A stretch of 64,000 nt of DNA from Thermoanaerobaculia bacterium (GCA_963719225.1 CAVRAY010000001.1:1568001-1632000); one strand, 5' to 3'; positions 20,898 to 30,717 are shown, counted from the first letter of the stretch. Notes: generated from the sequence alone by a model not told the origin. Translations and numbers: made by a program.

Positions 20898-21536
20898 CTA
20901 CTTCTTGGCCGGCTTCGCCTTGGGAGGAGCGGGCGACGCGGCGGGCGGAGCCTCGGGCGCAGCGCCCGGCGTGAGGCCGAGCGTGGCCATCGCATCCGTG
21001 ACCTTCGTCTTGGCGGTGTTGCCCTTGGCGTTCGCGTCGATCAAATTGCCCGACTTGAAGGCGTCGGAGGCCTCTCCCCACGACTTCTGGATGTCCGCCA
21101 GGCTCGCTTTCGCGGCATCGAGCTTAGCGGCGTCCATGTCCTTCGGGAGCTTCTTCATCGCAGTCAGGGAATCGACCTTCGCCGTGATCTGCGCGACCAT
21201 CGGCGGAACGGACGTGTTCAGCTCGCTCCAGGATTTCGTCAGGGCGTCCTTCTTGGCGGCGACCGCGGCGACGACGTCCTTCGCCTTGGCGGGAATGCCT
21301 TGCGCGATCTCCATCGCGACTTTGTACTCGCCCTTGTTGAAAGCGTCCTGGGCCGATGCGTAGGACGTCAGGACGCCCTTCGTCGGCTCCGGCGCGTACT
21401 TGGCACCCTCGGCCTTGATCTCGTTCACGGATGCTTCGGCGGCCTTGAGAGCGGCTTCTGCGGGGCCCTTCTGGCTGCAGGCGACCAGCGCCACGCAGCA
21501 GAGCGCCACCGCGGTGATTCTGAGAGCGTTCTTCAT
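20898..21536 (-). CDS. Ala/Lys-rich helical lipoprotein, unknown function
   Basis: MKNALRITAVALCCVALVA-C lipobox; two similar helical halves. Confidence 0.75.
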   Translation of the reverse strand: MKNALRITAVALCCVALVACSQKGPAEAALKAAEASVNEIKAEGAKYAPEPTKGVLTSYASAQDAFNKGEYKVAMEIAQGIPAKAKDVVAAVAAKKDALTKSWSELNTSVPPMVAQITAKVDSLTAMKKLPKDMDAAKLDAAKASLADIQKSWGEASDAFKSGNLIDANAKGNTAKTKVTDAMATLGLTPGAAPEAPPAASPAPPKAKPAKK

Positions 21537-21618
21537 TCCCGTCCTCCCTGTCGATCGTTTGTCGTGGTGCGGCCGGATTCTCTCCGCAAACCTCCCGAAC
21601 ATCAAATTCGCTTTGCGC

Positions 21619-22062
21619 TCAGGGAACGTTCTTCCGGCGGGATTCCTGCGCCATTCCGATGAGATGGCGCAGCCGCTCGGCGTCCTTTTTCCAAAGCCCG
21701 TGGATCACGATCGGCGGCGAGCCCCCCGTCGTGTCGATGACGACGTCCGCCAACATCACGCCGGCCTGGATCTTCACGGCTGCGATCTGGTCGGTCGAGA
21801 TGGAATCCTCGGTGTGCCCGAAGAACCGGGGCTTGTAGCGCGCGATCCGGTCCGGAAAAACGGCGACCTGGACGGGGAAGATCTGGTTGGACGTCGTCAG
21901 CCGCGAGGCGCGGATCGCCTCGGGGTTAGTGCTGAACGGCCGGTTGAAGAGATAAAGGACGCCGGCAAAGAGGACGAACGCGACGACGGCGAAGAGAAGA
22001 GCCGCGCGCAGCATGCGCCAGCCGAGGCCTGTGGGTCTTTTCGTGGCGTTCTGTTCGGGCAA
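21619..22062 (-). CDS. Small membrane protein with bacterial PH-like domain
   Basis: N-terminal TM helix, then IFPVQVAVFPDRI...SISTDQIAAVKI...ADVVIDTTGG; TTG start uncertain. Confidence 0.55.
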   Translation of the reverse strand: MPEQNATKRPTGLGWRMLRAALLFAVVAFVLFAGVLYLFNRPFSTNPEAIRASRLTTSNQIFPVQVAVFPDRIARYKPRFFGHTEDSISTDQIAAVKIQAGVMLADVVIDTTGGSPPIVIHGLWKKDAERLRHLIGMAQESRRKNVP

Positions 22063-22192
22063 GGGAGGGAGTCTATGGCGGCAGATCAGAAAATTCTTGA
22101 CGCATGCGCAATTTACGCCTATCTTGCGCTTGGTTGAATTGCTACCGCCCTCGAGGCAGTTTGATGGGGTGAAACTCCTTTCGTTCGAAGAG

Positions 22193-22304
22193 AATTAGGT
22201 GATCTCGATATAGTACCTTATTTTATATGGAAAACCACGCGATATCCCATATCTTACGGGAGCATTCCGAATAAAATTAGGCGATCTATATAGAAGGCCT
22301 TATT
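22193..22304. promoter_or_regulatory. Two palindromic sites upstream of lexA (candidate operators)
   Basis: AATTAGG-N16-CCTTATT at 22193-22222 and at 22275-22304. Confidence 0.6.
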
Positions 22305-22308
22305 TTTT

Positions 22309-22917
22309 ATGGCATTGACGCTTACTCCCAAGCAAAAAGAAATACTGGACTTCATCCGGAGCTATCGGCAGAAGAGGGGTTTTTCGCCCACGCAGCGTGA
22401 GATCTGCGAGGAGTTCGGGTACTCCTCCTTCGGGACGCTTCAAAAGCACATCAAGCTGCTCCTCGAAAAAGGCGTCCTCGTGCGCGACTGGAACAAGAGG
22501 CGCTCCCTCGTCCTGGCCGAGGAGGAGAAACCCGCCGGAGCCGTGGAGATTCCGCTCGCCGGGCGCATCGCCGCGGGCCAGCCCATCGAGCCCGAGCCCG
22601 AAGGGGAGACGGTCGCGGTCCCGGACGTGCTCACGCGAAAAGGTCAGAACTACGTCCTGCGTGTGAACGGCAGCTCGATGATCGACGACGGCATCCACGA
22701 CGGCGACTTCGTCGTCGTGAACAAGCGCGAGAAGGCTTCGAACGGTGAGATGGTGGCCGCCCTCCTGAACGGCGAGGCCACGCTCAAGCGCTTCTATCGC
22801 GAGGCGGACGGCCGCATTCGCCTGCAGCCCGCGAACGAGCGCATGTCGCCGATCTGGGTCTCGGAAGGGGACCTCAAGGTCCAGGGCGTCGTGGTCGGGT
22901 TGATGCGCAAGTACTGA
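22309..22917 (+). CDS. lexA: SOS repressor LexA
   Basis: LTPKQKEIL, PTQREI, IAAG cleavage site, GSSM (Ser), ATLKR (Lys). Confidence 0.96.
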   Translation: MALTLTPKQKEILDFIRSYRQKRGFSPTQREICEEFGYSSFGTLQKHIKLLLEKGVLVRDWNKRRSLVLAEEEKPAGAVEIPLAGRIAAGQPIEPEPEGETVAVPDVLTRKGQNYVLRVNGSSMIDDGIHDGDFVVVNKREKASNGEMVAALLNGEATLKRFYREADGRIRLQPANERMSPIWVSEGDLKVQGVVVGLMRKY

Positions 22918-23005
22918 GAGGAGACCGGGTTTTCTTTCTCGGATTTTTTCTTCCAAGAAATCTCCGAAATCCCTTTCCTATCGATTCTTCACGCACAATG
23001 AATTC

Positions 23006-23830
23006 GTGAAGCTCCGCCGGCTCGCGCTTCCGAACGGGCTCCACGTGGGATGTCTCGAGGCGGGCGCGTCACGCCCTTCCGGCTCGCCGCCGCTCGTTCT
23101 CCTCCACGGCATCGGGGCGGACCATGGGGAGTGGGCGCTCACGCTGCCGCTTTTCGCGCGGAGGCGGCGCGCCGTCGCGCTGGACCTCCTCGGTCACGGC
23201 AGAAGCGACAAGCCGGCCGGCCCGGGCGTCGACTACCGGATTCGCCTGCTAGCGGACGTCGTCGTCGACGCGATCGAGACGCTGCCGAACCGGCCGGAGC
23301 GCGTGGATCTCCTCGGCCACTCGCTCGGAGGAGCCGTGGCTCTCGATCTCGTGCGGCGCTATCCGCGCCTCGTCCGAAAGCTCGTCCTCGTCGACACCGC
23401 GGGGCAGCCGGTCGAAGAGACCATCGACGTCCTCGCGGCCTCGCTGCCTTTCGTTCCGGGCTGCTACGCGGACTCCCGGCGCCTCCTGTCGACGAGCGTG
23501 AACTCCCGCTTTCTCGGGCATCCGCTCGTCGCGCTCGCCGCGACGCTCTACAAGGGACGCCGGAAGAACCGGCCGCAGCTCATGAAGCTCGTCGCGTCGA
23601 TGGCGTCGGGGGAGGATGTGCTGAAGCCCCGGGACCTCGCGAGAATTCCGCACGAGACGCTCGTCGTCTGGGGAGACCGGGACCGTATTTTTCCGCTCGC
23701 CGCCGGCCATCGGCTCATGCGCAGCCTGCCGAACGCGCGTCTCGAGGTCATGCCGCGTTGTGGCCACGTGCCGCCCACCGAGTGCCCGGTGACGTTCGCG
23801 CGGCGCGTGATCGCGTTTCTCGACGCTTAG
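23006..23830 (+). CDS. Alpha/beta-fold hydrolase
   Basis: LLHG, DLLGHGRS, GHSLGG nucleophile elbow, WGDRD, CGH. Confidence 0.9.
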   Translation: MKLRRLALPNGLHVGCLEAGASRPSGSPPLVLLHGIGADHGEWALTLPLFARRRRAVALDLLGHGRSDKPAGPGVDYRIRLLADVVVDAIETLPNRPERVDLLGHSLGGAVALDLVRRYPRLVRKLVLVDTAGQPVEETIDVLAASLPFVPGCYADSRRLLSTSVNSRFLGHPLVALAATLYKGRRKNRPQLMKLVASMASGEDVLKPRDLARIPHETLVVWGDRDRIFPLAAGHRLMRSLPNARLEVMPRCGHVPPTECPVTFARRVIAFLDA

Positions 23831-23850
23831 TTCGTTATTCTCCCGACCAA

Positions 23851-25635
23851 ATGCGCACGACACGCTTCACGGTCGCGATGCCGCGGCCCGAGACGCACCT
23901 TTACGACATCACCATGGAAGTCGACCCGAAGGGCGCGACGACTCTCGACCTCGTGCTCCCGGTGTGGACACCGGGGTCATACCTCGTCCGGGAGTTCTCG
24001 CGACACGTAAGGGATTTTTCTGCGAAAGAAAAGGGCGCCCGCGGGACCATTCCCGCCGAGAAGATCGCCAAGAACGTCTGGCGTCTCTCTTTACTTTCTA
24101 AGAAATCTTCTTCTTCATCCTCTCTTCTCCTCGTCTCCTATCGCGTCTACGCGCACGAACTTTCGGTCCGCACGTCACATCTCGACTCGTCGCACGGGTT
24201 CGGCAACGGCGCGAACCTCTTCTTCTATGTGGAAGGCCGGAAGGAGGAGCCGCAGGAGGTGCGATTCTCGCTGCCGCGCCTCTGGAAGGTCTCTATGGCC
24301 CTCCCCTCGCGCAGCGGCGTCTTTCGCGCGGCCGACTACGACGAGCTCGTGGATTCGCCTTTCGAATGCGGGACGCACCGCACGTTCGCGTTCACCGTGC
24401 GCGGCGTGCCGCATACGCTCGCTCTCTGGGGCGGCGGCAACGAGGACCCCGCGCGCCTCGCGAGGGACCTCAAGCGGCTCGTGCTCGAAGCCGCGGCGCT
24501 CTTCGGCGGCCTGCCGTACGAGCGTTACCTCTTCCTCGTCCACCTCTCCGCAGGCGCGCGCGGAGGGCTCGAGCATCGCTCCTCCCAGTCGGTCGCGCTC
24601 GATCCCCATGCGTTCCGGCCCGAAAAGTCCTACCGCGACGCGCTCCTCCTCTTTTCGCACGAGCTCTTCCACGCCTGGAACGTCAAGCGCATCCGGCCCG
24701 AGGCCTTCGGCCCGTTCGACTACGCCGGCGAGGTCTACACCGCGGACCTCTGGGCTCTCGAGGGGCTCACCTCCTACTACGAAGCGCTGCTCCTCGTTCG
24801 CGCCGGCCTTCTGACCGAGGCGCAGGCCTTCGAGGAGTGGATGCGGCACTGGAAGGCGCATCTCGTGACGCCGGGCCGTCTCGTTCAGAGCGCCGAGTCG
24901 GCCTCTTTCGACACCTGGATCCGCTTCTACCGGCCCGACGAGAACTCGGTGAACGTGGCGGAGAGCTATTACCGGCGCGGCGCGATCCTGGGCCTCGCGC
25001 TCGATCTGGCGCTCCGCCGCGCGACGGCCGGCCGCCGCGGCCTCGACGAGGTCTTTCGACGGCTCTTCAGGACGTACGCCTCGAAGGGCCGGGCATACCC
25101 GCCGGGAGCTTTCGAGGACGTGGCCGCGCGCGTCGCCCTCTCACGCCCCGCGGTGCGGCGCTTTTTCGACCGCTACGTGCGCGGCACCGGGACGCCGGAT
25201 CTCGCGCGCCTCCTCGGCGTCGCGGGCCTGAGGCTGCGCGAGGCGCCGGAAACCGAAGAAGGCGTTACCGACGCGATGGCCCCGCGGACGAGAGCGGACT
25301 TCGGCTGGAAGACGAAGCTCGAGGAGGGGAGGCTCGTCGTGTCGGAGGTGCTGGCGGGGAGGCCGGCGCAAGCCGCGGGGGTGAATGCGGGAGACGTGCT
25401 CGTCGCTCTCGACGGTCTCCGCGCGAGCGAGGAGCTCCTCGCGCGGCTCGAGAAGGAGCGCAAGCCGCAGAGCCCGGTGGACGTCGCGGTGTTCCGACGG
25501 GAGGTCCTGGAGACGCACCGCGTGCGGCTTGGAGGGAAACGTGCGTCCGTCTGGCGGATCGAGCCCGCTCCCGGGGCCGCGGCCGGCGCCCGTCGCCTGA
25601 AGAGGCGCTGGCTGAAGACGCGCGTCAGCGCTTGA
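23851..25635 (+). CDS. M61 glycyl aminopeptidase with PDZ domain
   Basis: PVWTPGSY, GGLEH, HELFHAWNVKRIRP, WALEGLTSYY, C-terminal PDZ-like region. Confidence 0.9.
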   Translation: MRTTRFTVAMPRPETHLYDITMEVDPKGATTLDLVLPVWTPGSYLVREFSRHVRDFSAKEKGARGTIPAEKIAKNVWRLSLLSKKSSSSSSLLLVSYRVYAHELSVRTSHLDSSHGFGNGANLFFYVEGRKEEPQEVRFSLPRLWKVSMALPSRSGVFRAADYDELVDSPFECGTHRTFAFTVRGVPHTLALWGGGNEDPARLARDLKRLVLEAAALFGGLPYERYLFLVHLSAGARGGLEHRSSQSVALDPHAFRPEKSYRDALLLFSHELFHAWNVKRIRPEAFGPFDYAGEVYTADLWALEGLTSYYEALLLVRAGLLTEAQAFEEWMRHWKAHLVTPGRLVQSAESASFDTWIRFYRPDENSVNVAESYYRRGAILGLALDLALRRATAGRRGLDEVFRRLFRTYASKGRAYPPGAFEDVAARVALSRPAVRRFFDRYVRGTGTPDLARLLGVAGLRLREAPETEEGVTDAMAPRTRADFGWKTKLEEGRLVVSEVLAGRPAQAAGVNAGDVLVALDGLRASEELLARLEKERKPQSPVDVAVFRREVLETHRVRLGGKRASVWRIEPAPGAAAGARRLKRRWLKTRVSA

Positions 25636-27082
25636 AGAAGCCCTGGGGCGCTCCGGTCTGCATTGCCGCCGCCGCGCCGCTCGTTCCGAGGAGCTTCTGG
25701 TTCAGGTCGCGGATCCGCTCGTTGAGCTGGGCGACCTTCGCCGCCATCTCCTGGCGCTGCCGCTCTCCGTCCGACCGGACCTTCTGGATCTCGTTCTCGG
25801 CCTCGGCTCCCTGCTGAGCCTTGACCTGGATCATGCGATCGCGCTCCGACAGGTCGGCTTCGAGCGACGAGATGAGCTCGTCCTTCTCGATCAGCCGCTG
25901 GCGCCATTTCTCTTCCTGCTCTTCGTAGAGCTTCTTCACGTCCATGAGCTCGGTGATGGCGGAAAAGTCGTTCGCGGATGGGGCCATGATTCCTCCTCGG
26001 CCACGCTCCTCGATCTTCGGGAAGAGCTTCCGGAGCTTGAGTGAGAGGTCTTCGGGGTCGGACGAGAGCTTCATCGCGGCGTTCACGTCGATCGCGCCGT
26101 TCACGAGGAGCGCGATGAGCGACTGGTTCATGGACTGCATCTTGAAGTACGCGACCGAGGTCTCGATCTCCTCCTGGATCTCCTTCGTCTCGCCGGTCTC
26201 GATCTGCTTGGCGATCTTCGGCGAGTTGATGAGGATCTCGACGACCGGCACGAGGCCCTTGCCGTCCACGCGGTCGATGAGCTGCATGGAGATGATCGAA
26301 CGGAGCACGAGCGCAAGCTGGCGGCGCACCTGGTTCTGCTGCGCCGGCGGGCAGGAGTCCATGATGCGGTCGATCGTCTGCGACGCGTTGTTCGTATGTA
26401 GCGTCGAATAGACGAGATGGCCCGTCTCGGCCGCCGTGATCGCGGTCGACATCGTCTCCCAGTCGCGCATCTCGCCGACCATGATGACGTCGGGGTCCTG
26501 GCGCATCACGTTGCGAAGGGCCTCGGGGAACGAGACCGTGTCGGTCCCCATCTCGCGCTGCGAGACGGAGGCCATGTTGTCCTGGAAGAGGTACTCGATC
26601 GGGTCCTCGATCGTGACGATGTGGACGGGGTGCCGCTCCGTGATGAGCTTGACCATCGCCGCGAGCGTCGTCGACTTGCCGGATCCGGTCGGGCCCGTCA
26701 CGAGGACGAGTCCGGCGGGAAGGTCGGCGAACGTCTCGATCACCTCGGGCAGGTTCAGGGCGGCGACCTGCGGAATCTGGTAGGGAATGCGGCGGAACAC
26801 CGCGGTCCAGGTGCCGCGCTGCAGGTAGATGTTCCCGCGGAACCGCGCGACCCCGGTGATCCCGTAGCCGATGTCGACCGCGTAGTTCTGCTGGAGCTTG
26901 TCCCGCTGGTACGGCGTGAGGATCGGGAGGACCATGTCCTCGATTTCCTTCGGCGCGAGCGGATCCGTCTTGAGGGGGACGAGCCGCCCGTTGACGCGGA
27001 GGAGCGGAGGACGGCCCGGCTTCAGATGGAGATCCGAGGCCTCCTTCTTCGTGACGAACTTCAGAAGCTCGGTCAGGTCCAT
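25625..27082 (-). CDS. PilT/PilU-family ATPase with C-terminal coiled-coil extension
   Basis: ASDLHL, GPTGSGKSTT, TIEDPIE, RQDPDVIMVGEMRD, STLHT. Confidence 0.9.
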   Translation of the reverse strand: MDLTELLKFVTKKEASDLHLKPGRPPLLRVNGRLVPLKTDPLAPKEIEDMVLPILTPYQRDKLQQNYAVDIGYGITGVARFRGNIYLQRGTWTAVFRRIPYQIPQVAALNLPEVIETFADLPAGLVLVTGPTGSGKSTTLAAMVKLITERHPVHIVTIEDPIEYLFQDNMASVSQREMGTDTVSFPEALRNVMRQDPDVIMVGEMRDWETMSTAITAAETGHLVYSTLHTNNASQTIDRIMDSCPPAQQNQVRRQLALVLRSIISMQLIDRVDGKGLVPVVEILINSPKIAKQIETGETKEIQEEIETSVAYFKMQSMNQSLIALLVNGAIDVNAAMKLSSDPEDLSLKLRKLFPKIEERGRGGIMAPSANDFSAITELMDVKKLYEEQEEKWRQRLIEKDELISSLEADLSERDRMIQVKAQQGAEAENEIQKVRSDGERQRQEMAAKVAQLNERIRDLNQKLLGTSGAAAAMQTGAPQGFFKR

Positions 27083-27101
27083 CTGGGTGTGGGCTCTCGG
27101 G

Positions 27102-28406
27102 TCATTTTACTTCAACAGAGGCCGCAGCGGGCCCAAAAGACGGCCGGAGGCGACGAAGCCAGGCGCGGGCCGCGCGCGGACCGCGGATCTCCGAAGACGC
27201 GAGGGCGAGGTCGAAGGCGGCGAGGGCGTCTCCCAGTGTCTTCCCCTCCCCGAGGCCGAGAAGAGAAGAGATTTCTGCGAATGGAAGAGGACGGGTGGGC
27301 TTCAGGATCCGGCGGAGCGCGGTAGGCCTCCTTAGGATCCTTTCGGCGACATCGGCGAGGTCCCGCGCGCGCCTGTCGCCGGCAGCGCGAAGGAAGGCGG
27401 TGGATTCTGCTTCGAAAGGGGAAGAACGGCGCAGGAGCGCGGCGACGTCGCGGCGCGAGGGCGGGCGGGCGGCGCGTGGCCCCGAGAGCGGGAGAGCGTA
27501 GAGCCTGCTCGCGAGCCGCAGCTCTTCCCGGCTGACTTTCCACCTTCTAAGAAGATCTTCGGCTCTCTTCGGACCCATCGGATGAAGGAGGAGCACCCGC
27601 GCAACACGGGCGTCGCGGGAGTCGAGGCCAGAGACGAGAGAGAGACCGCGGCGGCGCTCGCGCGCCGCCGTGCTTAGAAGGAGGATGGAAAGGACGCCCG
27701 TTCGCTCGAGGAACCGCAGGGCGCGCATTCTTCCCTCCGCGGGCGCGCGGAGGAGCTTGTCGAGCTCGACGAGGCGCCGCTCCGCAGCAACCATTCGAAG
27801 CATCTTCGCGGCCTGACGAAGCTCCGGGATGGCGGCTCGCGCGACGTGGAATCCCGGCAGCTCCGCGAGAAACCGCGCGGCCCTCAGGACTCTCAAGGGA
27901 TCTTCCAGAAAGACGCCTGGCCTGGGCGGTTTGAGCCTCCTCGCCTTCAGGTCCGCGAGCGCGCCGGGAGCGCTCGAGAACGTGCCCCGAGGAAGCGAGA
28001 AAGAGAGCGCGTTGACCGTGAAGTCGCGCCGCAGGAGGTCGGCGGCGGGATCGCCCGCTTCTTCCCACACGTCGATCTCGTGCGCGCGAAACGGCACCTT
28101 GAGGATGCGCTTGGGCGCCGAGCCGATCGGCACGACGCGCGATCCGGCTCTCGTCGCGAGCCCGGTCGCGATCCTCTCTGCGCTCTTCGGCGGTGCGACG
28201 AGGTCGAGATCGCCGCCTTCTCTTCCGAGAAACGCGTCCCGCACCGCCCCCCCGACGACGCGGACGCCGTCCTCGGGTCGCGCGAGCGAAGCCGCGGCGG
28301 ACGCGTCGGCGCGCCTCAGGAGGGCGCGGAAGCCGCGCCGGACCGCGAAATCTTCGTTCAGCGGGACGCCTCGTCGCGAGCCGGCCGGGCCGGCCACGTG
28401 ACGCAT
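27102..28406 (-). CDS. Class II tRNA nucleotidyltransferase (probably CC-adding)
   Basis: VGGAVRD, DLDL, RRDFTVNA, EDPLRVLRAARF; start uncertain (possibly CTG at 28361 overlapping the upstream stop). Confidence 0.8.
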   Translation of the reverse strand: MRHVAGPAGSRRGVPLNEDFAVRRGFRALLRRADASAAASLARPEDGVRVVGGAVRDAFLGREGGDLDLVAPPKSAERIATGLATRAGSRVVPIGSAPKRILKVPFRAHEIDVWEEAGDPAADLLRRDFTVNALSFSLPRGTFSSAPGALADLKARRLKPPRPGVFLEDPLRVLRAARFLAELPGFHVARAAIPELRQAAKMLRMVAAERRLVELDKLLRAPAEGRMRALRFLERTGVLSILLLSTAARERRRGLSLVSGLDSRDARVARVLLLHPMGPKRAEDLLRRWKVSREELRLASRLYALPLSGPRAARPPSRRDVAALLRRSSPFEAESTAFLRAAGDRRARDLADVAERILRRPTALRRILKPTRPLPFAEISSLLGLGEGKTLGDALAAFDLALASSEIRGPRAARAWLRRLRPSFGPAAASVEVK

Positions 28407-30358
28407 TTCACGTTCGAGCCGTCCGGATCGGGATAGGCGGCGAGCTCGACTCTCATGGCGTCGGCGAGTCTCCGCGCCACGGAGAGGCCGAATTCGCCGC
28501 CGCTGCGTGCGGACCCGACGTCGTCGAAGAGATGAGCGGTCCTCTCGACGGAGAGCGTGGGGCCGCGATCCACGATCCGGATCACGGTGCGGTCGCCGTC
28601 CCGCGACGCCGAGAGGAGAACCGGCTCGTCCGACCGCGGTGTGGTCCGCAGGGAGTGGTCCACGAGGTTCGTGACGAGCCGCTCGATCTTTTCGCGGTCG
28701 GCGTTCACGCGCGGGAGCCCTTTAGGCACGTCGACGCGGAGTCTCAGGCCGCGCTTGAACGCCGAAGCCGAAAGCGCTCCCGAGAGCCCGCGCAGGACCT
28801 CGCCGAGATCGACCTCCGAGAAATTGACGGTGGCGCGCGCCCGGCCCGTGACGGCGGCGTCCAGGACGTCCGCGATGAGCCTCTCGAGGCGCGCGATGCC
28901 GTCCGCAGCCGTCTTCAGGAGCTGAGTCGGGCGCTCGGGGACCTCGGCGGCGAGGTCGGTCAGGACGACTTCGAGGTAGCTCTGCACGATCGCGAGCGGC
29001 GTCCGCAGCTCGTGCGCGGCCGCCGTCCAGAAGCGCGCGCGCATGGCCTCGGCCTCTCGCACGTTCGCCTGAAGAGCCTCGAGCTGCCGCGACGTCTCGG
29101 CCAGGTCCTTGGCGAGCACCTTCTCCCGTGCCTCGCGCGAGTTCGCTTTCCGCCGGTCGCGCAGAGTCAGAGTCGACCAGCCCGCCTGCCCGGCGGTTTC
29201 GTCCGGCGTCGGCATCGAGATGACCTCGACGGGGATCGTCTCGCCCGATGCCGTGAGAAGGCGCACCCTTTCCCGCGCCAGGTGCGAACCGTCGGGGCGA
29301 ATCGCCTCGTCGAACGTCTCCTCCGGGCCGGGAGGCCGGAGCAGCACGTGGTAGTCGAGCCCGACGAGCTCGGTCTCGACGCGGCCCGTCAGCGCGCAGA
29401 ACGGCGGGTTGACGATCAGGATCTCGCCGGTCGGCCCCACCATGGCCGTGGGATCGGGGATTCCCGTGAGGATGCGCTGGACGGTCCGGAGGCGCTTGCG
29501 GTCGGGATTCTTCTCGAGGGCGTCGCGCGGGCGGCCCGTGTCGCTCGCGGCGCGCAACAGTCGCGCGGCGGCCCCGAGCAGCGCCACGTCCACGAGCCCG
29601 AACGGCACGCGCTCGCGCACCGCGTGGAGGTAGAGGTCGCTTCCCTCCCCGGGGAGCTGACGGCAGAGCAGGGAGCGGATCGGCGCTCCTTCGAGGTAGC
29701 CCTTGGCGTCTCCCATGAGGGGATCGCGGTCGATCTCCTCGACGAGGACGGGCCCGGACCGCGACGCCGCGGCGCGCAGCTCGGGATACCGCGCGATCTC
29801 CACCTCGCGGCCCACGACGCCCGCTCCGAGGCTCGAGCCCTGGAGCGTCGCCACGGCCGAGCCCGCCTTCCACCGGAAGAGGCTCACCCGCGAGGCATCG
29901 AGAGAAAGAGAAAGCGCGCGAAGGGCGTGCTCGATGAAGTCGCGGCCCTCGGCCGCGAACTGCTCCCACAGCTCGAGAAGGGCCGTGAGCTGGACGCGGG
30001 AAAGAAGGATCGCGGGGGCCGGGTCGTCCGAGTCCTCTCCGAGAGCCGTCGTCGCGCGGTTCCAGGGACTGCGCGCGACCGTCTCGAGCGCCAGCGGACG
30101 GCGGGGGGCGCCGTCGTCGGCGAGGACGAATACCGAAGGAGGCGCGACCGCGTGAGGCAGGAGCGAAAGCAGCGTGGCCGCATCGGCCGCGGTGCCGGGC
30201 GGGACGACGAGGAGGACGTCCGGCATCGAGGAGTAGAGGAGCGTTCCGGCTTCCTCGAGCGTGCGCGCGACGAGAACTTCGGTGCCGGCTCTTTCGAGCG
30301 GGCTCCGAATGGCCTCCGGCACGTCGCCGCCCGGACGAAAGAGGAGGAATGGCCTCAT
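28358..30358 (-). CDS. Cytoplasmic GAF/PAS histidine kinase-like protein with degenerate ATPase domain
   Basis: AHELRTPL H-box, PAS-like VNPPFCALTG segment; altered N/G boxes. Confidence 0.8.
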   Translation of the reverse strand: MRPFLLFRPGGDVPEAIRSPLERAGTEVLVARTLEEAGTLLYSSMPDVLLVVPPGTAADAATLLSLLPHAVAPPSVFVLADDGAPRRPLALETVARSPWNRATTALGEDSDDPAPAILLSRVQLTALLELWEQFAAEGRDFIEHALRALSLSLDASRVSLFRWKAGSAVATLQGSSLGAGVVGREVEIARYPELRAAASRSGPVLVEEIDRDPLMGDAKGYLEGAPIRSLLCRQLPGEGSDLYLHAVRERVPFGLVDVALLGAAARLLRAASDTGRPRDALEKNPDRKRLRTVQRILTGIPDPTAMVGPTGEILIVNPPFCALTGRVETELVGLDYHVLLRPPGPEETFDEAIRPDGSHLARERVRLLTASGETIPVEVISMPTPDETAGQAGWSTLTLRDRRKANSREAREKVLAKDLAETSRQLEALQANVREAEAMRARFWTAAAHELRTPLAIVQSYLEVVLTDLAAEVPERPTQLLKTAADGIARLERLIADVLDAAVTGRARATVNFSEVDLGEVLRGLSGALSASAFKRGLRLRVDVPKGLPRVNADREKIERLVTNLVDHSLRTTPRSDEPVLLSASRDGDRTVIRIVDRGPTLSVERTAHLFDDVGSARSGGEFGLSVARRLADAMRVELAAYPDPDGSNVKCVTWPARPARDEASR

Positions 30359-30429
30359 GCTCGCGGGGTCCCGTCAAAGACGGTACGGGCACGTCCGTCG
30401 GGCGTCAAGCGGGCCGCTATACTTTCGCG

Positions 30430-30717
30430 GTGAGGATCGATCCCGCGCTCGTCTCGAGGGTGGCCGCGCTCGCGGCCCTCGAGCTCTCCGACGCCGAGCG
30501 GGAGGCGATGGCGGGACAGCTCACCCGGATCGTCGCGCACTTCGAGGCGCTGAGAGAGCTGCCCGAGTCGATGCTTCCGGAGGATGCCTCGGAACGCCCG
30601 ACGCCGTTCAGGGAGGACGTCGCCCGCGACGGCTCTCCGGGTCCCCTGGTCGAGGCCAACGCGCCCGCTTTCGAGCATGGGCACTTCGTGGTGCCGCGTG
30701 TCGTGACGAGGGACTGA
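30430..30717 (+). CDS. gatC: Asp/Glu-tRNA amidotransferase subunit C
   Basis: VAALAAL...FREDV...NAP...FVVPRV; directly before gatA. Confidence 0.85.
   Translation: MRIDPALVSRVAALAALELSDAEREAMAGQLTRIVAHFEALRELPESMLPEDASERPTPFREDVARDGSPGPLVEANAPAFEHGHFVVPRVVTRD

Noticed and set aside
22193-22304. CRISPR repeats or a dif site
   Set aside because: Only two imperfect copies, no cas genes, and no match to XerC/XerD arms.
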